DNA of 64,000 bases. Source: Octopus vulgaris. Its lineage: Eukaryota. Of this stretch, positions 1-12,911 are shown piece after piece (within the stretch, counting starts at the first letter, position 1; every line of letters begins with the position of its first letter). A program made the translations under genes and the position numbers. The notes beneath the pieces are model-generated. The model was not told the origin of the DNA. It was given only the letters and a program-made list of their open reading frames with translations, and did no database searches. The DNA lies in contig OX597834.1 in assembly GCA_951406725.2 (NCBI GenBank), positions 558,001-622,000 of the forward strand. The letters are read 5' to 3'.

Positions 1-241
1 TTTTCGTACATATTTCGTATTTGAAATGAAATAGGGCATCTTCTCTGTTAGATCCTAATTAAAGCTGGTTTATTTGTGTCAGTTGAGAAGGAAGGAATTG
101 TCACCTCCAATTTATATCTGTTGCTTAATTTTAAGTAGCGATATTTATTTATGTCTTAGTAAGACTAAAACTAGCGCCAAACTAATAATATTTTGATAAA
201 TGAATATCGAAAGTGTTTCAGAGTACTTCTAATGAAATATC

Positions 242-410
242 AGCATGCGTAGTCGACTGGTTAACGAGTTTGCCTCGCAAGTATTAGCACGCGTGGCCGA
301 CTGGTTAACGAGTTTGCCTCGCAAGTATACAATTTCAGGTTCAATTCCACTACACATTACTTTAGGTATTCTACCATAGTCTCAGGACAATCAAAGTCTT
401 ATGTGTGAAA
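242..410 (+). mobile_element. Degenerate tRNA-derived SINE (family B) head with 44-bp tandem duplication
   Basis: gactggttaacgagtttgcctcgcaagtat occurs twice (units 242-284 and 286-328), then B-box-like ggttcaattcc and ttctaccatagtctcagg...aaagtcttatgtgtgaa, similar to the copy at 46190. Confidence 0.55.
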
Positions 411-1788
411 GTTATCAAAGTGCAGGCCATCAATAGAACTGTTCCTGTTCTTGGACGGTGACTTAATTCCTCACCTGTGCTTCGCCGCCGCACCTCCCAC
501 CACCATCACCCTCTCGGATGCCTTTATGGAATCTACATGGTTTCAAACATTCAGGAGAAGCCTTTGGCTTGAAGTTTCTCGCACTAGTTTCAGTGGTCCC
601 TAATACAGGACATGGGCGTTACCCCTTCTCCTCATTGAACCACTCTATTTACCCTATTTTATGGCACCGAGGGCGTTATTTTTCTGATAAAATAGATTTC
701 GATTACTGAGCGTGTGTTTCCAACGTATCTCTCACCCATGACCTTATCTATATTAAACTTATTTTATATTTCTGTATTAAATCAGACTAAGAGATCGACG
801 GCAGCTCACAGTGAACACAAACTTATTAACAAGAGACATTTTGGTACAATAGGGGGAAATGGTGGGACATTGTTTTAGGTTTGTTTTGGTTTCCAAATTT
901 ACATGCCAAAGTTGGAGACGGGGGCATCTTCGAGATTGGAGCATCTCAAGGTGGTGCTCCAGCATGACAGTCCAATAAATGAAATTAGTAAAAGGATAAA
1001 AGGATCCTCATATATGGAAATGAAGTATACAGCAGTGTTTCTGATGATAGGGATCAGTACGGAGATCGGGACTTCGAAGTTTGAAAAATTGGGCGAAAAA
1101 TTTGCCATGTTTAATGAATTGAAACTATTATTGAATTTTTAAACTTTACGTCGCTTGGCAAAGAAAAAGAAATTACATGGATTTAAACTGTTTTATTTCT
1201 TATTAATAAAAAGAAAGTGTGCCAGTAGACAAAGGTCCTTAATATTTTAATGGTTGTTTCAGGGCCGCTGCTATGCAAGACAAAATTCTGTAAATTTATT
1301 TCCGCAATGAATAAAGCAAAATTTTCTGCCAAATAAAGATTAAGGTCAGTTATCCTAGAAATCCTGAGGATAGATTTTAATCTGGTTTCCATGGCAATAA
1401 AGGGACTGAGATAAGAACATTCCCCCACTGAACGATCACATTCGGCTAAATAAGCAATGTTTAAGATTTTTGTTTAAGCCGTATCTTAACGAAACCTTTC
1501 ATTGCATGAAAGATAGTTTCCATCGTAAACATTTCGCGGGGACATCGACAAATTCAGTTCTGGGTTAAGGGGTCAAATGAAGGATTTCACTTCGTGTTCG
1601 TATTAAAGTCTTTGGATAGTCATAAACACTGCAACCTTTACATTTACTAATATAACAACTTGTTTAGCGATCTCAGATGAATTAGATAGAAAAATACAAA
1701 AAACAAAACAAAAACAAAACAACAGTTTCGATTTCTGCTGAAGATTCAATAAAAGTTCCTCTCTAAGCATATTTCACAAATCAATATC

Positions 1789-1791
1789 AAT

Positions 1792-1829
<38 letters not shown>

Positions 1830-1835
1830 GCACGA

Positions 1836-1882
<47 letters not shown>
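1789..1882. repeat. (CT)n-(CA)n compound microsatellite
   Basis: Direct reading. Confidence 0.95.
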
Positions 1883-1884
<2 letters not shown>

Positions 1885-3195
1885 TAAAGATAGAAAGGGA
1901 GCTATTAGTAGAGGACACCTTCAATACTACCAGCACAACCACCCCTGGCCACCACAACCCACCTCCACCACCCAAAAACTAAAGTGACATTGGGTGAATG
2001 GCAGCTTCATCAATGTAACCCAAGAAACACAGTTGTATTGATTTTAATGACCATCACATCGATAGAGACTCGATATCGATTACTTTTCCATCGAAATGTA
2101 CTTGCAACACCTCTCTACATCATGAAATGTTTTGTTCTTCTATTGTTACGCAGACATGAAGAAGTAGCAATACAGGAATCCGTCTTTAATTTAGGAAAGT
2201 CTCCAATAAAAGAATAACTCAACAAATCGCTAGCCATGACCCCCCCCCCCTACAAACAAAGACCCCAAGATTACAATTTCCAACGAACCCTTTCTTAAGA
2301 CGATGGGTTGTATTAGTTTGGAGGAAGATTTGACTTCTCTTTCATGCAGGTCACTTGAAATGCTCCATCGTTCATTGGTTCGAATCTGTTGTAACTGAAA
2401 GATGTTGTGCCTAAATATGGCATATCAAGATGTTGTTAATGGCTTAAACATTCGGTTTCTATTCTTTAGCAAATCTATTGAGCCATTGGTATTGTAAAGT
2501 TAGTTTCGTTAATCAAAGCCTTTTGTCAATACATTATCACAGGATCTTGCTATCAGTTTTCTATCGAACCCATTAATGACTTACACCTAGATTCTGTTTT
2601 ATATCACAATAGGCCAGTCTGTTCAGTTGACGGCGAATATCCAGCCAGCTTGCTTTCATTTTCATATTGACCGTCAATTAGAGCAGAGAAGACCAACTGT
2701 TGACGAATAAAACTTGTTTTAAAATCTCGGCCACTCCTCCTATCACATTCTTTTCGTATCTCTGAATATTCGATTAAATATTGGCTGTCGTCCAAATGAT
2801 AAATAATTTCTTGCAAGTCATCAATGTGAGTGGTTGTTGCCATGGTAATTAACTCTAATGTTTACTCCTCCACGTTTCCCTTTTCCCAAAGTTCTTGCTT
2901 GTTTCACCTGAAAGCCTTCATTCAGTCAATTTAGCTTTTGTTGTATTCAAAAGATTACAACGATTTTCAGAATAAACTAAAGACCGAATACCAGTTCGTG
3001 TTTGCCACGAGAAATCGGACGAAATCTCTCCACTGTTGCCACTTCATCGATTACCGTATTTGCTCTCTTAACGTTAAACCAATCACTAGATTAGCAAATC
3101 TATCGCCGCTAAACACACTGCTTTCGACTTTCATTTGCAGACATCTTAAAAATACAAATGGATCTGTACTTTTGATATATATATATATATGTATG

Positions 3196-3246
<51 letters not shown>

Positions 3247-3324
3247 ATGTATGCATATATACACACACATGTATATATGATAGATCGATAGATAAAAGAG
3301 AGAGAGAAGGAGGCACTGATATGA

Positions 3325-3450
3325 TTGTGTAATTAAGTTTCAGGTTTAGTCTCACCGCGAGGCGCCTTGGACAAATGTCTTCTTCTATGGACCCGGGTTG
3401 ATAAATGCTATGTGAGTGAATTTGGCTGACGAAAATTCTATAGGTGCCGG

Positions 3451-3491
<41 letters not shown>

Positions 3492-3600
3492 CGTGTGTGT
3501 GCCTTTCCACCGCTCCACAGCAGGCGTTGGTTTGTTTATTTAACGGATGGCAATTAAAGAGACAGAATAAATGTTAGACTTGAAATAAGTAGTGGGGGAG
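3325..3600 (+). mobile_element. SINE family B, degenerate, with internal (GT)n
   Basis: ggtttagtctcaccgcgaggcgccttggacaaatgtcttcttctatgg...tgtgagtgaatttggctgacgaaaa, then (GT)n, then gcgttggtttgttta; collinear with 46190-46580. Confidence 0.6.
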
Positions 3601-4094
3601 GGGGAGGGTATTTTAGAAACATGTAGGCATCCCAGTAGAACCGCATCTCCAAAAAAAAAAAAAAAAAAAAACCAAAAGACTGCGTTGCGAAGTAACATCC
3701 TTAGAAAAATCTTATCAAATGAAATGTTTATGTTGTCTGAACTGAAAGTCTTTCTGTACTACCCTCCCCACCTCATTTGCATTGGGGTGCTGAGTATGTC
3801 AAGGGGCTGCATTTTGTCAGTCAATTTAGATTGATGTTCTCCCTTGGCTTAGTCAAATACATTTATTTAGTTATTGCTTAGAGAAGGAAGGGCAAGAGCT
3901 GTGGTCTTTTCAATGTTTCGGCGCCTGATCCGAGGAACTTACAGCCAAAAAGAAGACTTGGCTTGAAAGTCTGCAAAAGTGGGTTCTACTGGAGGCCCCC
4001 AATGCGTCAACGGCGGATCGTGTTAAGCTAGCTGACAACAAGGTGGACTTCACCAAAGCTTCCAAACCTATTAAGCCTGCCACGTCAGAACAAA

Positions 4095-4212
4095 AGTGAT
4101 TACTCTGACATACTTCCATGTTTCCTTCGGCAGAATTCCACTCAGAAAGCTTTAGTTAAATCGAGCCCACGGTAGAAGATGACAAAAGAGGCTTCACAAT
4201 GGGATCGAAACA
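4095..4212 (-). mobile_element. SINE family B fragment
   Basis: gtttccttcggcagaattccactcagaaagctttagtt...gtagaaga...gggatcgaa is the reverse complement of the family B head/core. Confidence 0.45.
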
Positions 4213-4249
4213 CAAACTACAAACTCATGAAATAAACACAGGCACCTAC

Positions 4250-4251
<2 letters not shown>

Positions 4252-4314
<63 letters not shown>

Positions 4315-4556
4315 TACACACACACACACACACACACATATATAAGCGCCTACGCACGAAACTCTCGGACCGCACACATACCCCCCCCACATATGGATAT
4401 ATATATATATATATATATATATCACTCTTTTGGCTTCCTTCGCAAACGAAGATTTTAGGAGGGGCATGCCCACGTCTGTTGTAAGCTTGCTGATGTATGT
4501 ATGCCCGTACACACACACGCACACACATACACACACACATACTCACACACACACAC

Positions 4557-4611
<55 letters not shown>

Positions 4612-4634
4612 CACGCACACGCACACACACACAC

Positions 4635-4683
<49 letters not shown>

Positions 4684-4694
4684 CACGCACACAC

Positions 4695-4760
<66 letters not shown>

Positions 4761-4818
4761 ACACACACACGCACACACACACACGCACACACACGCACAC
4801 ACACGCACACACGCGCAC

Positions 4819-4909
<91 letters not shown>
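4252..4909. repeat. (TA)n tracts and ~400-bp (CA)n tract with CG interruptions
   Basis: (TA)n at 4252-4310 and (CA)n at 4509-4909, read directly. Confidence 0.95.
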
Positions 4910-4911
<2 letters not shown>

Positions 4912-5389
4912 AATGTATTAATGATTTATACATTAAAGTCAAAACGCAGAAATCTTACTGGTCCGAACATGTTTTCCGCAACGCGCATGCGCTCGTGTAC
5001 AAACATGCCATATGTGTGTGTGTGGTGGGGGATGCGTGGTTGTTAAGAAGTCCGGGAAACTCTGAGTAACCACCACCTCTTCCACTGAATAATGTCATGC
5101 CACTCTATCTAGCAGCAGACACTAACTATCTTTCTCGCTTTATCGAATTGACTAACGCGTGTGTAAAGCCACAACACACCATGTATACATACATACATAC
5201 ACTGATATGTATGTATGTATGTATGTATGTATACATACATATATTGATATGTATGTATATGATGATGGTGATGATGATGATGATGATGATGATGATGTTG
5301 CCATTAATTAAAGGAATTCATCGATATTAAGGCAAAGTATTGACCTATGTTTGTGCATAGACACATTACGTGGCAAATGTTACACTATT

Positions 5390-7202
5390 ATACCTACTTC
5401 AGCGTTTTCTCAAGGCAGCTGGTTTCGGTGCAGTCTTCCGCGGGTGGATCGATGCTTTGTACAGCAACATCTGCTCGGTGATGCCGGTGAACGATCACCT
5501 TTCGGAGCCGTTTGACATCTCGCGTTCGGTCCGCCAAGGATGCCCTCTCTCCTCCCTCTCGTACGTATTGACTCTCGAGCCATTACTGCGCAAGTTGGAG
5601 GCTCGCGCGATCTAGGCGGCGGAAACAGCGTGTCTGCCTATGCCGACGACGTCACCGGGATGGTGTCGAGCCACAGGCACATTGACCTGATTGGCGAGAC
5701 ACTAAACGAGTACGAAGCGGTGACAGGTGCAAAGAATAACGCAGAAAAGGCCGTGGGCTTGCAACTAGACACCTGGTCCGGTCCAGATCTCCAGGTAGAT
5801 AAAAACTGGGAAGAGGTGACGAACAGGGTGGCCAATCTCGCCCAGAAATGGGCCGAGAGGAAGCTGTCCCTGAAAGTTCGAGCGGAGGTGGCGAATGCGT
5901 ACATCGCATCCGTCATCTATTACCGATTGACTGTCGTCCCCTGTTCCGATCGCTGGTTGGCCAAGCTGGTGCGCTTGCTCTTCGACTTCTTGTGGAAGGA
6001 TCAGGTACCACTGGTCAGGCGATCCATCTGCTGTCAACAGCCGCTGGACGGAGGCCTTGGCATGCCGTGGTTACTGATGCGTAGACATGCGCTCAGGCTA
6101 CAGCATCTCAAGCGTTTCCTAGACGGTGAACAGGTGTGGTCATCTTTTGTCAGACGCGACTTTCCGCAGCTCGTACCCTTTGACAGAGTTGCAGTCTTGG
6201 ATCAAACGCAGACCGAGAAAGGGCGCTTGGCACCTCGAGTGCCGTCAAGCTCTCTCCGCCCTGCACCAGGCGGGAAATGCGATCGACAGTGGTTCCACTC
6301 TAGCGTTCTATAGAGGGTTAGAGAAAGAAAAGTGCGACGACGTTCTCGGGGAAACTCCAGGCGTTGACGATAACGAGCCAAACAGTCTGTTCGGGAGAAC
6401 TTTCGGGCCGGGGCCAATGGACAATTTCCAAAAGTCCCTCGCCTGGCAGTGCTAACGAGGGGCTCTGCCTGTTCGAGATAAACTCTACCGGAACGGAAGT
6501 GCCCCCAGACGGGCCTGCTCGAGGTGCGCCCAGGACGACGAAACCGTTCTGCACGCACTCGTCCAGTGCCCGAGTATTGCTGAACTATGGGTTTATGTCG
6601 AACAACTACTGTCGCGTATAGGACGGATCCGGCTCTCAGCTGAATCCATAGTGAGGATTGCCCCGCCGACCTCCTTTAACAGGGAGGGCAAGGCAGTTTT
6701 CCTTTGCCTAGTGGCCGTAGCGAAAGAGGTGATATGGTGGACCTGTTCGAAAGGGCTAAGATCAGACACTTTCCTCTTTGGCCCAGGCCTCATCAACTTT
6801 TTCAAGTTTCACTTGAAAAAGAAGATGAGAGTAGAGAGGGAAGTGATGTCTGGTAGCAAATTTATTGAGTGGTGGGCGAATGTCGCAAGAATGGCCAGTG
6901 TGAACGGACCAATTCTGAGGATACACCTGTGAAAAATTAAAAGGAAATATAAAAGGAGAAAGGGGCTCTCTACCCCCCTTTTGACCAGGCTCCCATGGCT
7001 TTTATGGGTTTTTCCACGAGTAACCTTTCGAAGCGCCTCCCCCTATTGGGAGTTTTAATTGTTACTTACTCTTCGTTGTTATCCTGCTTTTGTTCACGGA
7101 CCTTTTTCAAACTGACAAAACCCTTTGCAACTTTCGTCCTGTGTTTTGTCCCTTTATGTTTTAAATGATTTTTGTTAGCCCTTGTGGCCAATAAACGAAC
7201 GA

Positions 7203-7203
<1 letters not shown>
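5390..7203 (+). mobile_element. 5'-truncated L1/Tx1-clade non-LTR retrotransposon (ORF2 RT, C-terminal zinc finger, 3' UTR), frameshifted
   Basis: RT motifs SVRQGCPLS and SAYADDV; L1/Tx1-type W-AERKLSLKVRAEVAN and GGLGMP; zinc-knuckle CSRCAQDDETVLHALVQCP near 6515-6570; stop at 6932; T-rich UTR ending aataaacgaacgaa then (ATT)n; GC-rich against the flanks. Confidence 0.9.
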
Positions 7204-7237
<34 letters not shown>

Positions 7238-7239
7238 CG

Positions 7240-7385
7240 TGAGTACATTGGACGAAATGCTACGTTCTGAGTTCAACCCTCTAAGTTCGACTTCGACTTT
7301 CATACTTACGGGGTCGATGAATTAAGTACCAGTGAAACGCTGAGGTTGATGTAATTGACTTGTCCCCTCATCCCAAATGGCAAAA
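7240..7385 (+). mobile_element. SINE family A, degenerate
   Basis: gaaatgctacgttctgagttcaa...cgactttcatacttacggggtcgatgaattaagtaccag matches the 7412 copy. Confidence 0.7.
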
Positions 7386-7411
7386 TTGGAAACCATTATT
7401 ATAATTATCAA

Positions 7412-7618
7412 GGCGGCGAGCTGGCAGAAACGTTAGCACGCCGGGCGAAATGCTTTGCAGTATTTCGACTGCCGCTACGTTCTGAGTTCAAATTCCGGCG
7501 AGGTCGACTTTGCCTTTCATCCTTTCGGGGTCGATGAAATAAGTATCAATTACACACTGGGGCTGATGTAATCGACTAGCCCCCTTTCCACCAAATTTCC
7601 ATGTGCCTAGAGTAGAAA
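7412..7618 (+). mobile_element. SINE family A (tRNA-derived), full length
   Basis: ggcggcgagctggcagaaacgttag head, B-box gagttcaaatt, body gaggtcgactttgcctttcatcctttcggggtcgat, tail tgcctagagtagaaa; multiple copies in this window. Confidence 0.85.
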
Positions 7619-7654
7619 TAATAATAATAATAATTATTATTATTATTATTATTA

Positions 7655-7846
7655 AGGCGCTAAGCTCGTAGAAGCGTAAGCATGCTGGACAAAATGCTTA
7701 GCGACGTTCCGTCCACCTTTTAATGTTTTGAGCTCAAATGCCGCAGAGGTCGACTTTCGTTCTTTCGGGGTCAATAAACTGAGCACTAGAAACGAGGTAA
7801 TCGGCTAGATCCCTCCCCTCAAATGTCATGGCTGTAGTAGAAAGAA
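7655..7846 (+). mobile_element. SINE family A, third tandem copy
   Basis: ggcgctaagctcgtagaagcg...gaggtcgactttcgttctttcggggtcaataaa...gtagtagaaag. Confidence 0.75.
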
Positions 7847-8301
7847 TTATTATAGCTTAGACCCTAAAACATTCTTCAACGTTGGGGTAAGAAATAAGAT
7901 AAAATCCATCGCATGATAAAATAAAATCACATACAAACAGAATCGAAATAACTGGTCTCAACGTTGCGTTTCTATGGTTACGTGGCTTACTAATTAATAC
8001 AATTAAGATTATGGAGTTGAAAAACTTGGTTGCAATATTGATTAATTCATTCTAAATAAAAAACAAAAAAAGAAAAAAACCTCTTTCTTCTGTCCAACTA
8101 AGATTATTATTGTAAAAACATTGTTGTCGCTCCCTCTAACGAGATCCGTGTACAATGTGCTGGAGACTTGTTTGACAGCTCTCGGTGTCAGCAGAACGCT
8201 TTACACCCACTCGCAACTCATTACACGAAACAATATTTTAATGATATTTATCCAATCAGCCACAGAAAGAAGACAAAATAGAGCATGACGGGAGTAGGAC
8301 G

Positions 8302-8302
<1 letters not shown>

Positions 8303-8342
<40 letters not shown>

Positions 8343-8375
8343 CCATGTAGATATATACATAGATACAAACATATG

Positions 8376-8417
<42 letters not shown>

Positions 8418-8459
8418 GACATATACCTATACATATACGCATACATATCTACAAACACG

Positions 8460-8513
<54 letters not shown>

Positions 8514-8920
8514 AACACATGCATACATACACATGTATATACACACAAACACACATACATATATATAAATGTGTATGCATATATGTAAAGTATGTATACA
8601 TTAGCCAACCTACACATATACACACACGCACACGTGACATGCTAAGTCCTGGTTTCTCCTCAGAACCGGATACAGTTCACGAAAAAAAATCTTCTGTCAT
8701 GTGACAACAAACTTATCGCTAAATGAATATTCAAAGACAGTAAGAATATATTAATAACCTGAAGAGTATTCATACATACATAATATAAACATACATACAT
8801 ACATACATACATACACATATATATCTATATATATACATATATACATATACATACATATATATATGTATACATACATATATAATATAATACATATATATAT
8901 ATATATACATATATAATATA

Positions 8921-8973
<53 letters not shown>

Positions 8974-9010
8974 TATTTATGTATATGTATGTGTGTGTAT
9001 ATATTTGTAT
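8303..9010. repeat. Compound (CA)/(TA)/(TACA) microsatellite region
   Basis: Direct reading. Confidence 0.9.
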
Positions 9011-9029
9011 GTCTGTTTGTCCTCCCTCT

Positions 9030-9207
9030 TACATCACTTGACAACCGATGCTGGTGTGTTTACATCCCCCTAGCGGTTCGGCAAAAGTAAATGATAGAAT
9101 AAGTACTAGGCTTACAAAGAATAAGCTATAGGGTTGATTTTCTCGACTAAAGGCGGTGCTGCAGCATGGCCGCAGTAAAATGACTGAAACAAATAGAAGA
9201 GTGAAAT
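9030..9207 (+). mobile_element. SINE family B 3' half
   Basis: acaaccgatgctggtgtgttt...gttcggcaaaag...cagcatggccgcagtaaaatgactgaaacaa is near-identical to 46400-46575. Confidence 0.8.
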
Positions 9208-9228
9208 ACACATATATAATATATATAC

Positions 9229-9400
9229 ATGTGACCTCGTGTGTACCGTTGGCGATTTTTTTCCCTCTGTCTTCCCTTCTCTGGATCTTTCCTTCTCCTA
9301 TGTTTCCGACAAAGAGCTCCGCTCGAAACGTTAAGCCCTCCTTCTTCCCTTCTTCCCGTCCAATAATACTATATTTGTTCCACGTCCTCGCGTTGTTGTG
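9229..9400 (+). mobile_element. Probable PLE-derived terminal fragment with degenerate minimal hammerhead motif
   Basis: ccgacaa-a-gagc-tcc-gctc-gaaa-cgtt at 9306-9332 has the layout CUGANGA / stem II / GAAA / palindromic stem III; the core carries two mismatches. Confidence 0.5.
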
Positions 9401-9842
9401 AGAGGTAGGGAGAGGAGGGGAGAGGGGGAGAGGGGGGGGGGGGGAGAGGAGAGAAGGGGAGTGAGGGAGCAGTATATATATATATATATATATATATGCA
9501 TATATAAACATATATAAACATACACACACACACACACAACCACCCCCACCATCGCTACCAGAGGTGGTGGTGGTAGTTGTAGTATTAATGGATGTAATAA
9601 ATTGTATCGTACTAATTACGATTTTGTGTTTCAACTGGGCAATCTGGTTTCGATATCTGGTATGGGAATGATGTTAATTTAGTGACCACCACCCGCTAAA
9701 TGGCAGCTGTAAAATATATAATGAAAGCCATCTTTTATTTGATATATTCCATTGAAATGGTTGTTGTTAGGTGTAACTGAACATCTTTAGGTGAAGGTTT
9801 AGTAAATAATAATGGCAACATGTACCACGTGCATGCACGAAC

Positions 9843-9859
9843 GCACGCACACTCACTCA

Positions 9860-9925
<66 letters not shown>

Positions 9926-9983
9926 AACACACACACACTCACACACACACACACACTCACTCACACAAACACACACACTCACT

Positions 9984-10014
<31 letters not shown>

Positions 10015-10023
10015 TCACTCACT

Positions 10024-10054
<31 letters not shown>

Positions 10055-10131
10055 TCACTCACACACACACACTCACTCACACAAACACACACAAACACAC
10101 ACACACACTCACTCACACACACACACACACT

Positions 10132-10164
<33 letters not shown>

Positions 10165-10240
10165 TCACTCACACACACACACACACAAACACAAACACAC
10201 ACACTCACTCACACACACACACACAAACACAAACACACAC
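9843..10240. repeat. Compound (CA)n with CACT and CAAA variant units
   Basis: Direct reading. Confidence 0.95.
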
Positions 10241-10378
10241 CGCACTAGGGTCTTACATTTATCAATACAAAGCTTCAACGCTATAATTCTCTACAGCATA
10301 AATATAGAAACATCATTTCATACTAATAAATACACATTGTGGGTATGTGCGGTAGAAAATAAAAAACGAATTCATACT

Positions 10379-10410
<32 letters not shown>

Positions 10411-10655
10411 GAGAGAGAGAGAGTGAGAGAGAGGAGAGCAAAAAGCAACATAAAGAGAAAAAATAATGGAGATAAGCTAAGTTCACAATCAAATTTATTA
10501 GAATGCTTACACACACACACATACACATTTTATTAAAACAGTGAGTACAACAAAATATGTTTCGTTTCGTTCGAGAACACGCAAATGGTCTTACCAAGTT
10601 ACCTTGAGCAGTCACACACCGGATTTATCTGCGTTATGCACACGCATACACAAAC

Positions 10656-10728
<73 letters not shown>

Positions 10729-11286
10729 ACACACACATGCACACGCACACACAGAGTCATCATCATCATCAAAAATATGCTTCTGATTGCAAGCTTAAAG
10801 TTCTTGCTACGTCACCGAGAAATGTGTAGAGGTGCACAAGGTTAGATAAAGACAGAAAAAACATTTATCTCAAAATATCTGCAGGGTGGGTGAGGTGGGG
10901 TGGGGGAACCATGTAAAGAAGCGGCGGAGGAGGGCGGGGAATCAACCAGTTGCGATCATTGTGAGAAGTTTCGATATTTCGGTGGCGCGAACCAGCAACC
11001 CACTCGTCATTTCACAGTGAGGTCGGTGCCACACCATCGAATCAGTCTGTTTGTCTATAGCGGCAAAGGTGGCTGAGTATACCTTGGTCAGGGTTCAGAG
11101 GAGTGTCAATTACGAGTTGAAGGATATATATTGATTTATTCACTGGTCAGAGTTCTTGTACATGTGGACACACACGCACACACCACAGCATACACGAAAT
11201 ACACTAAAATATCCATAAATATACAACGGCACACACACAAACACCCTCCCACACACATATATGTGCGTGTGCACAAGTTTATGCGG

Positions 11287-11645
11287 GAGAGAGGGAGAGA
11301 GGGAGAGAGGGAGAGAGAGAAAGAGAGAGAGAGAGAAAGAAAGAAAGAGAAAGAAAGAGAAAGAGAGAGAGAAAAAGAGAGAGAGAGAGAAAAAAAAGAA
11401 AGAGAAAGAGAGAGAGAAAGAAAGAGGGAGAGAGAGAGAAAGAGGGAGGGAGAAAGAAAGAAAGAGAGAGAGAGAGAAAGAAAGAGAGAGAAAGAAAGAG
11501 AGAGAAAGAAAGAGAGAGAAAGAAAGAGAAAGAGAGAGAGAGGGAGAGAGAAAGAAAGAGAGAGAAAGAGAGAGGAGGAAAGAGAGAGAGAGAGAGAGAG
11601 AGAGAAAGAAAGAGAAAGAGACAGAGAGAAAACTAAGAAGAAGAA
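11287..11645. repeat. Polypurine (GA/GAAA)n tract
   Basis: ~360 bp almost only A and G. Confidence 0.95.
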
Positions 11646-12359
11646 GTGAAGTGTTTTCTGTCGATAATTTTGTTGTTCGCTTTTTCAATGCAGTTTAGAG
11701 ATTCGGGTGGATGGAATGTGGAGAAGAGTCGTCTAACACACACGCATTCATGTATGTATAGTGTTAGAAACGCAATATATACTGCAGAGCGTATATGTGT
11801 GCGTATGAATGTGTGTGCACGTGTTATGTGTGTGTACATGTTTATGCGCAAGTGTATAGATGCAGGGTTTCTATTTATTCGTTTATCCTGGGGTTAAAGT
11901 ACAGTGCTCTGACCCCATTCTAGGACTTCCGCAACAGGTTGGAGGTGGAATCGAAGCAATAACATTCGCTTTAAATTATTCAAATTGTAAATCTCTCCAC
12001 TAAAATCGAATTCTCTAGTTTTCCATTCGATAGACGTTGTGCGATGCAATTGGAATCTGAAACTCTTTGAATACAGAACACAATTTACTCTCTTCTTTTG
12101 TAGATTTATTTCAAGAAAATAGGAATTAGTCTAAAAGTTAAAACAATCAGTTCTAATAATTGTTAGAAGTTCAATAATAATGATAGGTTGCTACGCGAAG
12201 TAAGCCTGTCCAGCAGTCGGACAACATAGACTGAATATCAGAAATCGGAAGGTTTTGCTAAATTTTCGTTAATACAGACGCAGAAAAAGTAAATAGTTTT
12301 GCTTTTATCAATAATTGTCAATGGACATGTAAGTTTGAAAAGAGTCGAATAATCTATAA

Positions 12360-12911
12360 ATATTCTGTTGTGTCTGGGGAGAGTCATTTTCTTTTTGTGT
12401 CTTATAACTTAACGCACTCACCGGTAAAATTTCCACTTTTTTCTTATTTTTATTTCCTAAAATTTTCGTTGCGTCTTGCAACCTTTTCAATAGTTTTGAC
12501 TCTGTTTGTTATTTACATTGCGTTCCTTTTTGTTTGTTTGTGCGCATGTGTGTGGTCCAGTGAGTGTGTGTGCGTGTGTGCCTATGCGTGCATGCATGTA
12601 CGTATGTATGTGTGTGTGTTTGCATGTGTGTGCATCTGTATGTACGTATCCTGCATATTTATGTGCTCGCCTGTCCGTGTTTGTGTATGTTCTATGTATG
12701 TGTGTGTGAGCATGTGTTTGTATATGTATGCACCTCTGTCTCCTTGTGTGTGCATATCTGTGTGTGTGTGTTATGTAACTATGTACCATGTTTGTATGGA
12801 TGGATGTGCATCTTTATGTGTGTGGATCCGTGTCTCCATATGTGTCTGTTCTTGTACCTATGTACCTATCCGTCTGTATGCTGATCTGTTTATTTACATA
12901 TCTAAATGCTT
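12360..12911 (-). repeat. Left inverted arm (putative inverted pseudo-LTR) of the Penelope-like element
   Basis: Reverse complement of 15580-15955, with ~190 bp extra at about 12500-12685. Confidence 0.8.
12457..12493 (-). ncRNA. Minimal hammerhead-ribozyme-like motif (U3-A8 core variant)
   Basis: Minus strand reads cta-ttgaaaa-g-gttgc-aagac-gcaac-gaaa-attt-tag, identical to 15821-15857. Confidence 0.5.

Noticed and set aside
780-1620. Short ORFs possibly from a decayed retroelement (e.g. SKFEKLG)
   Set aside because: No RT or endonuclease motif could be reconstructed.
4217-5069. HT/CV/YI/ER dipeptide ORFs here and throughout the track
   Set aside because: Translations of (CA)n, (TA)n and (GA)n microsatellites.
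12370-12911. Hydrophobic Cys-rich N-terminus of the 392-aa ORF
   Set aside because: It is read-through of the TG/TA-rich inverted arm; only the portion after ~12912 is PLE-like.
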